IMG/VR virus record: IMGVR_UViG_3300013014_000024
Coordinates: 1-64,000 of that record
Length of the DNA: 64,000 bases
Strand: one strand, 5' to 3'
Source: a virus
Positions within the stretch are counted from its first letter, which is position 1; every line of letters begins with the position of its first letter. The notes below the pieces were generated by a model. The model did not search any database. It was not told the origin of the DNA and saw nothing but the letters and a program-made list of their open reading frames with translations. Positions 30,224-40,474 of this stretch are shown here, piece by piece. A program made the translations under genes and the position numbers.

Positions 30224-30535
30224 ATGAAAAAAAATACAGATGGTCACTCGTTCAGAAGATTGTTAAGTTCAGTGATGAAAAAAAGATTAGTTATTAGTGC
30301 GATTGTACTTTTAACTTTTTTAGGATTGATATTAGGAATTGGGTTTGCGATATCTTCAAATACAACAATGTCCGAACAATGGAAAGAACTACTTCTTTTA
30401 ATGTTGGGAGCATTTATTGGTAGTTACGGTAAAATTATTGATTATTGGTTTAGTGACACGGATAAAGATAAAATGTTGGTCCAAAAAATGGATGAAGAAG
30501 ATGGAACTACCTTATTAAAAGAAGATAAGAAATAA
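30224..30535 (+). CDS. 2-TM holin-like protein, short paralog of 27545
   Basis: EQWKELLLL.LGAFIGSYGKIIDYWF..DKDKMLVQKMDEEDG shared. Confidence 0.8.
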   Translation: MKKNTDGHSFRRLLSSVMKKRLVISAIVLLTFLGLILGIGFAISSNTTMSEQWKELLLLMLGAFIGSYGKIIDYWFSDTDKDKMLVQKMDEEDGTTLLKEDKK

Positions 30536-30536
30536 T

Positions 30537-31313
30537 CTATAATAATTCTTTAACTTTAAACTTATCAACAAAAGTAGGAAAAGCATCTTTATATGATTCT
30601 TGAGTTTCATCAGTGATTTTGGTTGTGTATTGCCAATTCCAATAAAATTTATCATTAGGTTTGAAACCATAAAATGTATGAACTTTTCTTTGTGTATCAA
30701 CAACATCAACACCTTTCCAGTTTTGTCCAACACAAATAAATCCTGACTGTATATTTTCAACAATATTACTTTCGCCTAAAGTAGCATGTCTATTCTCAAT
30801 CCAAGTTAATCTTTCTATTAATTTTTGATAAAACATATTTGCTTGGCCCCATCTTACCGAAGTAAAAAATATTACAGCATTTGAGTCAAACAATTCTTTG
30901 GTTATTTTCCAAAGTTCATCAGATTTCTCATTAAGACTAGCCCAACATCTGTGATATCCTGATGGATTTTTTGTATCACTCTTAAGAAGAGCCTTTTTTA
31001 ATCCGCAATTATTACCATCTTTTCTTGAAACATTTCCTTCACAAGGAACTATATTAAGTTCAGGAACATCAATAAGGACTCCCTTATTTCCAAGATATTC
31101 TTGGATAATCATAGCTAAAATAGTTGATTTAGGTATATCAACATTGTTCTCATCCCAATTATATCTATTTGAACAGGTTAACAATAAAACTTTATCCAAT
31201 TTTTCTAACTCGGATATTGTTTTTTCCAATTTCTTAAAGTTACCTGTGGACATATTCTTTTCAGTAACCTGATATTTGTCGTATAGTTCTTGCAAATTTG
31301 CCATATTCATCAA
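30537..31313 (-). CDS. flavodoxin-like / NADPH-dependent FMN reductase family protein
   Basis: LLTCSNR, C.G.VS...C, AVIFFTSVRWG..QKLIERL. Confidence 0.75.
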   Translation of the reverse strand: MMNMANLQELYDKYQVTEKNMSTGNFKKLEKTISELEKLDKVLLLTCSNRYNWDENNVDIPKSTILAMIIQEYLGNKGVLIDVPELNIVPCEGNVSRKDGNNCGLKKALLKSDTKNPSGYHRCWASLNEKSDELWKITKELFDSNAVIFFTSVRWGQANMFYQKLIERLTWIENRHATLGESNIVENIQSGFICVGQNWKGVDVVDTQRKVHTFYGFKPNDKFYWNWQYTTKITDETQESYKDAFPTFVDKFKVKELL

Positions 31314-31354
31314 TAAATAGTCTGATTATAACTATTTATAATAAAATAGTATAA

Positions 31355-31672
31355 ATGAAAAAGATAGTAAAATTAACTGAATCAGAATTAGTTCAAATAA
31401 TTAAAAAAATCATAAATGAAGATTTTGAGTCTGATTTTGAAGATGAGTATATTGATGACGAAAATGATGAGATTCAAGATTACGGATTTGATTATGAAGA
31501 AGATGATGATGAAAATGATATAACAAATATGAAAATGAGAAAAAACTTTAAACCTTCACCTGTTCAATACGAAAGAGGTGAGTGGAGAAAAGAGTGGGAA
31601 AAACCATATAGTCCAATAAAACCAAGCGATTTACCGTTAGACAAATATTTAGCCAGTAAGAAAAAGAAATAA
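31355..31672 (+). CDS. LTE-leader acidic protein
   Basis: MKKIVKLTESELVQIIKKIINE. Confidence 0.85.
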   Translation: MKKIVKLTESELVQIIKKIINEDFESDFEDEYIDDENDEIQDYGFDYEEDDDENDITNMKMRKNFKPSPVQYERGEWRKEWEKPYSPIKPSDLPLDKYLASKKKK

Positions 31673-31713
31673 CTTTATTAAAAAACCCACCAATAAGTTG
31701 GGTTTTCAATTAA

Positions 31714-32781
31714 TTAAGCTCTCATATTAGGAACTGGTTCTGGTGGTGGTATAAAATTGTTGTTTAAATTGTTGTTTGTAACGGTAAGTCGGTCAGTAAA
31801 ATCTCCATTAAAAGTTACGGCTAAATTAGCATCAAAAGTTGTGCTTATGGGTGGAGCTATGTATAATGTGGTAGTACCGGGAGTATCCGCTACACTAAGT
31901 TCTCCTTCGGCTATTAAGTTATCATTATAATAATTTTCTTCAAGCCTTATTCTGGATTCATTGTAAATGACACCACAATAATTACAAACTTTAATTCTCA
32001 TATCTTTATCCAAATACTCTGAATTAGTTTTTTCTGAATTAAGAATTTCTTTAATAATTGAATACATATAACCATCAATATTGAGGTTCATAGAATCAAC
32101 TCTATTATCTGACGCAGTCCAAAAAGTTACTCCTTCTTCGTCGCCATCTAATGCTTTAAATGACGCAAACTTATATCCAGTTTTTTTATTAATATAATAC
32201 GCCAAAATACCTCTATTCCAATATTTTGCAAAATATTGTTTTTCGTTTTTAAATGTTGTACACCATTTAGTACCGGCTCCGTATTTTATTGAAGATTCAA
32301 AAGTTAAAGGTAAAACAACAACCCAATTTTCATCATCGTACACCTTTTGTATTTGACTTTCCATTTCTTTTTCAATCTCTAGTAAAGATGAGAGAGAAAG
32401 TGCTGAACTTATATCATCAAATGTTGAGTATTTACATACGTCATTTTCCGGAATTATTCCTTTTTCCATGTGATGAATAAAACTTTTAATGTCTTCAAAT
32501 TGGGATGGAGAATAATATTGAAATAACATATCTCTTATTAAAAATAACTGAGATTTAGAAAGGTTTTTATCGTCAACTCCTACCATTTTTGAGATTTCAC
32601 CTAATTCTCTTATAGAACTTTTGTCTTTTACCACATTATCGTCCCTATATCTTTTTGAGAATAATTTACAAAAAAGTTGTAAATATTTGTTTGTATTAGT
32701 TGGGTCCATCATTTGAAAAATATCAATTAGGGACATGTCTAACTCAGGAAATTGTTTTTTTAAAGTATCTATTCTTGACAT
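31714..32781 (-). CDS. hypothetical protein with YG.GTKWCTT domain
   Basis: Domain shared with 62092..63561. Confidence 0.75.
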   Translation of the reverse strand: MSRIDTLKKQFPELDMSLIDIFQMMDPTNTNKYLQLFCKLFSKRYRDDNVVKDKSSIRELGEISKMVGVDDKNLSKSQLFLIRDMLFQYYSPSQFEDIKSFIHHMEKGIIPENDVCKYSTFDDISSALSLSSLLEIEKEMESQIQKVYDDENWVVVLPLTFESSIKYGAGTKWCTTFKNEKQYFAKYWNRGILAYYINKKTGYKFASFKALDGDEEGVTFWTASDNRVDSMNLNIDGYMYSIIKEILNSEKTNSEYLDKDMRIKVCNYCGVIYNESRIRLEENYYNDNLIAEGELSVADTPGTTTLYIAPPISTTFDANLAVTFNGDFTDRLTVTNNNLNNNFIPPPEPVPNMRA

Positions 32782-32831
32782 ATGTATTTTTTTAAAAAAA
32801 TAATAAATTTAAAGTTTTAAGTCAAATAAAG

Positions 32832-32979
32832 CTGTAAGGGGAGGATTTGAACCTCCATACTGAGATTTAGTAATGAACAAATCTATGACAGCTTGTTGTC
32901 AATCTATATTCATTACCTACTTTCTTTTTTCAGCGCCCCCGTGACTGAATGGTATGTCTGCCAGTTTCACCACCTTACA
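32832..32979 (-). ncRNA. tRNA-like RNA with ~85-nt variable arm
   Basis: TGTAAGG/CCTTACA acceptor, GGAGG-TTCAAAT-CCTCC T-arm, Leu-like D arm, long extra hairpin. Confidence 0.65.
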
Positions 32980-33069
32980 ATTGAAGAGAAGCAGGATTTA
33001 CATTTCTGACAGAGACCATTATGTCAAAAAAGACCTAAATACCGAATGGCTTGCGGTTGCTTCTCTAAG

Positions 33070-33156
33070 CGGAAAGATAGGGATTCGAACCCCAGTTACC
33101 CTTTCAAGTAATTCGGTTTTCAAGACCGACGCATTCGACCGCTCTGCCATCTTTCC
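33070..33156 (-). tRNA. tRNA-Ser(UGA)
   Basis: Full cloverleaf, TCGGT-CTTGAAA-ACCGA, long V arm. Confidence 0.95.
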
Positions 33157-33164
33157 TAATATTT

Positions 33165-33389
33165 TTATAAAGAACTATTATTTCTTCTTGCTTTTTCGGC
33201 TTCACTATACAAACGAATCCAAGTTAATGTTACATCAACAACCATAAGTACGGGTGCCATTACAATAATTGCGAGTGTTTCAAGACCCGGAGTTGCATAT
33301 ACCACATCACCACCATTTCTTTTAACATAACTACGAACCATCCTCCAAATACAATAAAAAACTGAAACCAAATAAATAACTAAAAACAT
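33165..33389 (-). CDS. small membrane protein
   Basis: 2 TM. Confidence 0.65.
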   Translation of the reverse strand: MFLVIYLVSVFYCIWRMVRSYVKRNGGDVVYATPGLETLAIIVMAPVLMVVDVTLTWIRLYSEAEKARRNNSSL

Positions 33390-33461
33390 ATTTTGTAATT
33401 TAGAATAAAGTTAATCAATTACATTTATAAAAACAACTATAATATGTAGTATTTATTAAGG

Positions 33462-34424
33462 ATGAAAGATATTGAAATATATAACAAATACTTAGATAAG
33501 AAAACATTTACAATTGAGAACCCAATGGGACCTCATCTTCCTGGACTTCCTGCAAAAGTTAAAATGAAGATTGTAGGAACCAACAATTATATCACTGTTG
33601 GTAAAGAAACAGAATATCTAACTTATAAAATGACAATTTTACCTACAGGACGATTGAACTCGCTTATCAACTCATTAATGGGAGGTAAAACACATAAGGT
33701 TGTAACAACTTCAACAAGTGATTTCTACCCATTAAGAGTGGAAAGTATGATACAATTAAAAGACTTTTTGTCTTTAATGGGTGAAGAAAGACCTGTAATG
33801 TGTATTGGGATAGAAAATGTTTATAGTAAGGAGATTAATGAAAACATAAAAGAAATACTAACTGAGGATGTTTATGATAATATAACTAATAAAATAGTTC
33901 ATGATATTATCTATCTCGTAAAATACCAAAGAAGTGGAGATTTTGAATTACCTTCGGATATAAGTGGGGGCGAATTTTATAAATTTGATAACTTACTAAA
34001 TAATTTTAATATTGAATTATTTTTAAGAGAATCAGATAAAGTGGATACTTTTGATGCTGATGCGGACTATTATAGAGATGATGATGTAATACAGATAATG
34101 ATAGTTACCAATCCCAATTCAAAAAATACAATACTACAAGACCTTGTTTATGAATTAAATGAATTGGTTAGACATGAACTTGAACATGTTAAACAACATG
34201 AATCAGGATATGAATTCCCTAAAAGTCCTAAATCTTCTCATAAATATTATGGTCAATCTCACGAATTGGAGGCACTTAGAGCCGGATTCAGAAAGAGGGC
34301 AAAAAAAGAAAGAAAAGATTTGGAATTTGTTGTTAGAGACTGGTTTAAAAAAAACCAACACAAGTACACTATGAAACCAAAACAAACTGAAAATATAATT
34401 AATAAAATATTGGGGAAAAACTAA
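33462..34424 (+). CDS. two-domain protein with HExxH motif
   Basis: RHELEHVKQ...ELEA. Confidence 0.7.
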   Translation: MKDIEIYNKYLDKKTFTIENPMGPHLPGLPAKVKMKIVGTNNYITVGKETEYLTYKMTILPTGRLNSLINSLMGGKTHKVVTTSTSDFYPLRVESMIQLKDFLSLMGEERPVMCIGIENVYSKEINENIKEILTEDVYDNITNKIVHDIIYLVKYQRSGDFELPSDISGGEFYKFDNLLNNFNIELFLRESDKVDTFDADADYYRDDDVIQIMIVTNPNSKNTILQDLVYELNELVRHELEHVKQHESGYEFPKSPKSSHKYYGQSHELEALRAGFRKRAKKERKDLEFVVRDWFKKNQHKYTMKPKQTENIINKILGKN

Positions 34425-34426
34425 AA

Positions 34427-35167
34427 ATGGAAGGTATATTTAATGGAGTTTCAAAGTATTTGAAAAGAAAAAAATGGATTTATGGTGGAACTCAATATGT
34501 GTTCAGAACCGTAGAACCAAGAGATTCATATATTAAATGTGAAATAGATTGTGTTTTACCTAAAGAAGGTCAATCATACACTGTATTAAAATTTAGATAT
34601 GATTTAGATACTATTATGGAAGACGTTCATGATATGTTCGGTGAAAAAATTGCTTATCAATCTGATTTTTTTGTTGATGGTAAAAAACCCGAAGATGTTT
34701 ATTTAAGTGAGGAAACAAAAAATAAAATAAGAACTGAACTTAAATCTTTGACTGGATTCAAAAGACAAATGTCTGGTAACAGTCCCATCAATATTAAATT
34801 TTCTTGTGATACAAACGTATTTCCGGCTTTCAATAAAAAAACATATATGGAATCTGATAATATCAGCCTTCCTTTCTTTGTTGACATTTCCAATTTAATT
34901 TATGATGATAGACATGTTACCTTGAAAGACTCTTTTACTTCCGAGGGTAAATCATGGATTGAATCTTTTATGTGGGACAATGATTTTGCCACAGATGTTG
35001 CTGACATATTTTATACTGCATGCGAACCAGATTTTAAATTCTATGACACTGAATTATTCATAAATGCTTCAGGATACGTTAGAAAAATTGATGGAGTTGT
35101 TGCAGGTGATAAGTGGAGTAATTGGTGGGATGAGTCCAGAGTGCCTACTTTTTTTGAAGATATCTAA
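34427..35167 (+). CDS. hypothetical protein
   Basis: ORF. Confidence 0.75.
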   Translation: MEGIFNGVSKYLKRKKWIYGGTQYVFRTVEPRDSYIKCEIDCVLPKEGQSYTVLKFRYDLDTIMEDVHDMFGEKIAYQSDFFVDGKKPEDVYLSEETKNKIRTELKSLTGFKRQMSGNSPINIKFSCDTNVFPAFNKKTYMESDNISLPFFVDISNLIYDDRHVTLKDSFTSEGKSWIESFMWDNDFATDVADIFYTACEPDFKFYDTELFINASGYVRKIDGVVAGDKWSNWWDESRVPTFFEDI

Positions 35168-35170
35168 ATT

Positions 35171-35791
35171 TTACGATACTCTTTTGAGTATTTTGTTAAT
35201 AACTTCAATCAAAATCTGTCCCGAAACTATAACAACACCAGAAGCTAATAATCTTTCAACTATCATTTCTGATGCTCCCAAAAAATTTTGTGTACCGTGT
35301 GCTACGTTGATTAAATCTGTAACTAAAGGAAGTAAAAATGCGTATGAAATAATTTCTTGTACAGAACCTAATGTTAATGAAAGACCTTCTAAAAAAGAAA
35401 CAAAAGAATTTTTTAATTTATCTGACTTTTCTAACACGGATTTAAAATAATCAGATAATCCTTCTTCTTTTATTTTGTTAATTATATTTGACACATTTCT
35501 TTTGTTATTGTAAAATGTAATTGATGCAATACCTGTTAAAATTAGAGCGATTTGGTCATCATTTAATTCAAATGAACCTTCTTTTAAATACCTGTCCAAT
35601 GGAAGCAAAAATCCACCTATTGCAGTTCCCATAGTTAGTAAAAATCTTACATTAAGTCCATATTTTTTCTTAGAGATTGAAGCAATTTTATAAGTAAACG
35701 AATACATTTCTTTCATGTAGTTAGTTAACTTTGAATCTTTCTCTTCTTTAATGATAATTCTTAATTGTTCTTCAGTTATTAAATAATTCAT
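35171..35791 (-). CDS. ITE-leader protein with hydrophobic helices
   Basis: MNYLITEEQLRIIIKE. Confidence 0.8.
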   Translation of the reverse strand: MNYLITEEQLRIIIKEEKDSKLTNYMKEMYSFTYKIASISKKKYGLNVRFLLTMGTAIGGFLLPLDRYLKEGSFELNDDQIALILTGIASITFYNNKRNVSNIINKIKEEGLSDYFKSVLEKSDKLKNSFVSFLEGLSLTLGSVQEIISYAFLLPLVTDLINVAHGTQNFLGASEMIVERLLASGVVIVSGQILIEVINKILKRVS

Positions 35792-35826
35792 ACACAATAA
35801 ATACTTAATAATATATATTTATTATC

Positions 35827-36429
35827 ATGATAAATCCAGAATTAAAAGAAGGTGACAGAATAGTCTGTTATTTAATGGAAGGTGAAATATCAGTTCCTCC
35901 AGGAACTAAAGGAACTGTAACGAAAATACAAAGGGACCCATATGATGAAAACGATAAGCTTATTAGCGTAAAGTGGGATAATGGGAGTACAATGTCATTA
36001 ATATCCTCAGTAGACAAATGGAAACTAGTAAAACAAAAAATCCAAGAACAACCTAACAGAGAAGATGACCCTCACACTCACTTTATGGCTACAAATAGAG
36101 AGTTAAGAAGGTCAATGGACTTACCTTATTTTCTTGAATATTTCAAATTATTACAAAAAAGTGGTATTACCAATATGTTTGGTTCGTCCCCTTTTGTTTA
36201 TATGGATTCTGAACATTTGGATAGGTATTATGGTGAAAAAAGAGGAGATAATGAAGATTTTCAAAATCTCCTTGAGATTCAGGATGAGGCTAGAAGTAAA
36301 TTTTTGAGCGGATTGGTTAAATTTGCTGAGTTAAAAAATATTGAGTTATCCGATGATTCAAAAATCAATTCATTGGCGAGAAAATTGGGTATTAGTTTGC
36401 TTCAATACTATATGACATTTTACCATTAA
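35827..36429 (+). CDS. DUF4314-like domain protein
   Basis: GDRI...VPPGTKGTV..V.WDNGS.MSLI..VD. Confidence 0.7.
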   Translation: MINPELKEGDRIVCYLMEGEISVPPGTKGTVTKIQRDPYDENDKLISVKWDNGSTMSLISSVDKWKLVKQKIQEQPNREDDPHTHFMATNRELRRSMDLPYFLEYFKLLQKSGITNMFGSSPFVYMDSEHLDRYYGEKRGDNEDFQNLLEIQDEARSKFLSGLVKFAELKNIELSDDSKINSLARKLGISLLQYYMTFYH

Positions 36430-36683
36430 AGTTGTTCTACATCCAAATCCTTATCTTCCCACTCATAAATACTATTCTGTGTTTCTAAAATATTGAATTG
36501 TACGTATTCTTCCATTTCTTCCATCAAAGATATTAATTTTTTTCTTTTATCATGAAACTCTTCATCTTTGATTTCTTCAAAATGACTATAGTGTTTGAAG
36601 CAATATTCAATACCTTCATTTTCCATTCTATATCTAACGGCTTTCCAATTATCTAATTGTTCTTCTAATTGTTCTATTTTCAT
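36426..36683 (-). CDS. hypothetical protein
   Basis: ORF. Confidence 0.7.
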   Translation of the reverse strand: MKIEQLEEQLDNWKAVRYRMENEGIEYCFKHYSHFEEIKDEEFHDKRKKLISLMEEMEEYVQFNILETQNSIYEWEDKDLDVEQL

Positions 36684-36688
36684 AATTT

Positions 36689-37819
36689 TTAATTTGATAA
36701 AGGTGCTTTAATACTTGGATGTGATTCGTAACCTATCAATTCAAAACAATCCGGTCTATAACTCATTATTTTTTCATTGAATTTTTTTTCACCCAAGTGT
36801 TCCTTAACTGATTCGTGCATGTACCAATTTCTTTCAGTAATTTTTACTTTAGGTAATTCGTATGGGGTCCTAAGAATTTGTTCTTTTGCTTGTTCGATAT
36901 GATTCGAATATAAATGAACATCTCCTAAGTTACCAATCAATTCATCGGGAACCATGTTTACTTCTTTAGCAATAATCTCTAGTAGTAAACCGTAGGATGC
37001 TATGTTAAATGGTAAACCTAAAAATGTATCTACTGAGCGTTGATTCCACATTAATGAGATTGCTCGTTTAGGAATAGTGTTATCCATATCAACTGTCTCC
37101 TTTATCATATTCCATCCTATGCCGCCTCTATTTTCATAGTCGTACCCTGCAAGAATGATTCTTTCTTTCTCACTCAACTCTCTTGTATAAACTTGAAATC
37201 CATAATGACAAGGCGGTAATACCATTTGGTCTAACTCACCTACATTCCAAGCACTAACCATTAATCTTCTACTATCAGGATTTGTTTTGAGTTCGTTGAT
37301 TAGGTTTGCGATTTGGTCTACCTTTCCATTTACGTAAGCAATTTGTTCTCCATTTGTAAACTTATCTGTGAACTTCCAACTTCTCCATTGCTTACCATAA
37401 ATTGGACCTAATTCACCCCACTTCTTAGCAAACTTATCATCGGTTTTAATTTTATTTATGAATTCTTCTTTAGTCATTTTCCTTACTTCAATATCACTAC
37501 CTTCATATTTAAATGTTTTTTCTACATTGGGGTAAGCATTGCAATAATTCTTATAAGCATCACCATCCCAAATATGACAACCATTATCAACAAGGAATTT
37601 GATATTAGTATCTCCTCTCAAGAACCATAACAATTCAGTCACCATAGTTTTCCAAGCCATCTTCTTTGTGGTTAGTAATGGAAAACCTTCACTCATTTTA
37701 TGACGGATTTGTCTTCCGAATACTGATATAGTACCAGTTCCTGTCCTATCTGTTTTTTCAACACCCCAATGAAGAATGTCTTCAAGTAATGCTTGATATC
37801 TTGCGTCTAAATTATTCAT
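36689..37819 (-). CDS. thyA: thymidylate synthase
   Basis: DRTGTGT, ELLWFLRG, LPPCH, QRSVD.FLGLPFNIASY, GDVHLY.NH. Confidence 0.97.
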   Translation of the reverse strand: MNNLDARYQALLEDILHWGVEKTDRTGTGTISVFGRQIRHKMSEGFPLLTTKKMAWKTMVTELLWFLRGDTNIKFLVDNGCHIWDGDAYKNYCNAYPNVEKTFKYEGSDIEVRKMTKEEFINKIKTDDKFAKKWGELGPIYGKQWRSWKFTDKFTNGEQIAYVNGKVDQIANLINELKTNPDSRRLMVSAWNVGELDQMVLPPCHYGFQVYTRELSEKERIILAGYDYENRGGIGWNMIKETVDMDNTIPKRAISLMWNQRSVDTFLGLPFNIASYGLLLEIIAKEVNMVPDELIGNLGDVHLYSNHIEQAKEQILRTPYELPKVKITERNWYMHESVKEHLGEKKFNEKIMSYRPDCFELIGYESHPSIKAPLSN

Positions 37820-37825
37820 AACTTC

Positions 37826-38596
37826 TTATTGTTTTTTTTTAAAAAAACTTTTTAATAAAGATAATTCTTTTTTTCCATCTGACAAACCAAAATAGTTAGT
37901 TTTTCTACCATTCCAATTTTTACCCATTTCATTAATTGTAGAATTTTCTGAATCTAAATGAACGCCAATTATTTCGGGTATCAACCCTCTATCTTTTCTT
38001 GCCCATTTTTTGGCGAAAAGAACATCGGTTCTATCCGCAGCTCCGTGAAATTCGGGGTATAAGTATATTCCCGAAGCTTTAGGATTCCACATTTGAAAAA
38101 ACCCAATTGGTTCATACCCTTCAGACATATATTCTCCAATCCTAACACCTATTGGAAATGCGGTAGGATGAATATAAACCCAACCCGTATGAGTTTGTCT
38201 TGGACAAGAAATGAACTTAATCCATTCTTCAAAATTTGGACACATCATACGGTCTATTCCGTATATATTTTTTGGCTCCAAAGATATTCTTTCTAAGATT
38301 CCTCTGGTTAATGGAGGTAAGTACATATCAGCATCCAAATGAATTACCCAATCTTTTCTTGATAATTTATTTAGTCCGGCATTAATACCTTTAGCCTTAT
38401 TAAATGAGTCACCATTTTTAGTGAATTCATCGGTTACCAAACATTCAACATTGTAATACTCACATAAATTTTTAGTTTTTTCGTCTTCAGGTGAAGTAAC
38501 AACAATTAAATGATTAAATAATGGCTTGTTAAATGGTAATGTGTGTGATAAAAAATCACTGTAATTTACACACACTATAATTCCTTCTAAATACAT
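37826..38596 (-). CDS. glycosyltransferase (GT-A fold)
   Basis: FNKAKGIN, WVIHLDAD. Confidence 0.75.
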   Translation of the reverse strand: MYLEGIIVCVNYSDFLSHTLPFNKPLFNHLIVVTSPEDEKTKNLCEYYNVECLVTDEFTKNGDSFNKAKGINAGLNKLSRKDWVIHLDADMYLPPLTRGILERISLEPKNIYGIDRMMCPNFEEWIKFISCPRQTHTGWVYIHPTAFPIGVRIGEYMSEGYEPIGFFQMWNPKASGIYLYPEFHGAADRTDVLFAKKWARKDRGLIPEIIGVHLDSENSTINEMGKNWNGRKTNYFGLSDGKKELSLLKSFFKKKQ

Positions 38597-38657
38597 AAAA
38601 TATTGGTTTAATTAATCATAAATAGGGTAGGAATTTAACTCAAATATTAATTTATTA

Positions 38658-38921
38658 TCAATAAATCCCCGCCCTTTTTTCCCAATCTTCCATGAATAGA
38701 GTTAATGCTTTATTTGGTCTACAAGTGTGAGCGTGCTCATGTAGTAATGATTGAAATGTTTCTTTCAGTTGAGTAAACTCTCCATCGGAACTTTTTTTCC
38801 CAATATTGTAGGATTCTTCAAGTGCAACTAAAATTGAGCCTTCATCCAAGAAAGAATTATGGGTCTGATGTTTTTTTAATAATTTTTTAAAATCTGGTTT
38901 CATTCTGTTTCTTTTTGCCAA
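38658..38921 (-). CDS. hypothetical protein
   Basis: ORF. Confidence 0.6.
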   Translation of the reverse strand: MAKRNRMKPDFKKLLKKHQTHNSFLDEGSILVALEESYNIGKKSSDGEFTQLKETFQSLLHEHAHTCRPNKALTLFMEDWEKRAGIY

Positions 38922-40024
38922 AACGGTTTAGAGTATTTAGGTTTTATTAACTTAAAAATTAATTCATTTACTTTATCTCTCTTACCATCCCACATTGCAA
39001 ACATAATTGCATGTAGGTTAGGGTCAACAACTTTTTTAAGATGTTCCGCAAATTCTTTTTTAGAAGGCTCAGGGTCAACGTCACTATACTTACCATATCT
39101 AAAATAATCGTGGGCTTTCCCACAATATTCAGAGACACTAAAATGACCATATTTCAAAGCACTTACCTGTTCTTTAACCCATTTATCAAATTCATCAGGA
39201 ACTTTTTCTACCAATTCCATAACGTCTTTACCATCCTTCAAATATTCCCAAATATCATAGGTAGAAAATCCAGTTAATATTCTATGTAATCTAACATATT
39301 CTTCTCCCTTGATTTTCATTCTAACACCATTTTCAAATTTGATAACAAATCCTTCCGCGTTTTGCAAAATTTTGGACTTTAATTCGGAATAATCCCGAAC
39401 TCCATCATATTTTTTAACAACTTTGAATCCCAAGTTATTATATAGGTTTCTGAATCTTATTCCTTCAAGATGAATATTATCATCGTGTATTCTTAATTCA
39501 TAACCATCTTTATTATCCACAACAGCAAGAAGTATCAAATCTTCAAAATCATATTCGCAAACTATTCTATTTTCAGGATAGATTATTTCAAATAGATAGG
39601 TAAATCCTTTGATTAATTTTTCATATCTATATTTTTTAAGTATTTCCATACCTCTGATTGCTTGTTTAGAAGTGAAAGAACCCTTGGTTGCCAATATCCA
39701 TTCGTTATTGTAATTAAACAATATACCCAAAGACCCATCCATCTTTTCAAATACTTCAAAAGGTTCATTTGGTATTTTGGACTCAACCCATTTATTACCA
39801 ACCAACTCCTCATAGTTAAAGAACTTATCAAAAGCCTTTGCCACAACGTTTCCCTCATTATCTAAAACGAGTCCACGAGTTTTCAAAGTTATATCATCCC
39901 ACTTTCCTTCGTATTGAGTTTTACGAGAGTAGTTGTAGATTGATATAGGTAAAGATGGGTGGTCATTTCTTTCCACCCATCCATCTTTGACATATTGGTT
40001 CAATATTTCTAAATCAAATTTCAT
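38900..40024 (-). CDS. T4 Rnl1-like RNA ligase
   Basis: KFFNYEE, EKMDGSL, ATKGSF, FEIIYP.NRIV, EGFV, K.KGEEY. Confidence 0.92.
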   Translation of the reverse strand: MKFDLEILNQYVKDGWVERNDHPSLPISIYNYSRKTQYEGKWDDITLKTRGLVLDNEGNVVAKAFDKFFNYEELVGNKWVESKIPNEPFEVFEKMDGSLGILFNYNNEWILATKGSFTSKQAIRGMEILKKYRYEKLIKGFTYLFEIIYPENRIVCEYDFEDLILLAVVDNKDGYELRIHDDNIHLEGIRFRNLYNNLGFKVVKKYDGVRDYSELKSKILQNAEGFVIKFENGVRMKIKGEEYVRLHRILTGFSTYDIWEYLKDGKDVMELVEKVPDEFDKWVKEQVSALKYGHFSVSEYCGKAHDYFRYGKYSDVDPEPSKKEFAEHLKKVVDPNLHAIMFAMWDGKRDKVNELIFKLIKPKYSKPFWQKETE

Positions 40025-40230
40025 TATCTTTTTATCTCCATATTGGTGTTAGAAATTGGCAACCTAAATACAGGAAAATTCTTGTCTTCAAATTCATCTT
40101 TTTGCATTACCTCATAAAACCCTTCTTCTCGCACTTTAACGGTAGGAACGTCATTGTAATTCTTTATCAATCCGTCTTCAAAGGTAATCTCTACGGTCTT
40201 TGTCGTTGTGTTAAATACTAATTTTTGCAT
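40024..40230 (-). CDS. hypothetical protein
   Basis: ORF. Confidence 0.7.
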   Translation of the reverse strand: MQKLVFNTTTKTVEITFEDGLIKNYNDVPTVKVREEGFYEVMQKDEFEDKNFPVFRLPISNTNMEIKR

Positions 40231-40241
40231 ATGTGTTTGTT

Positions 40242-40472
40242 TTAAATTTCTTCATATCTTATTGTTGCATCACCGGCAACGTGGTCAAAACTAACCCATC
40301 GCGTAAATCCTTCATGTTTGGGTAATAAATGATGTTCTCTGTGTCCGCAAGAAACACATTCTCTAACAGGAACCCTTACACAATCTCTCCCTAAAGGATG
40401 ATTTGTAACTTTATGTTTTTCTCTTTTATATTTCCAAAAATGTAATCCAAAAAAACAAAAAAATCTCTTCAT
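40242..40472 (-). CDS. small Cys/His protein (DUF1660-like)
   Basis: FCFFGLHFW...C..CG. Confidence 0.6.
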   Translation of the reverse strand: MKRFFCFFGLHFWKYKREKHKVTNHPLGRDCVRVPVRECVSCGHREHHLLPKHEGFTRWVSFDHVAGDATIRYEEI

Positions 40473-40474
40473 TG

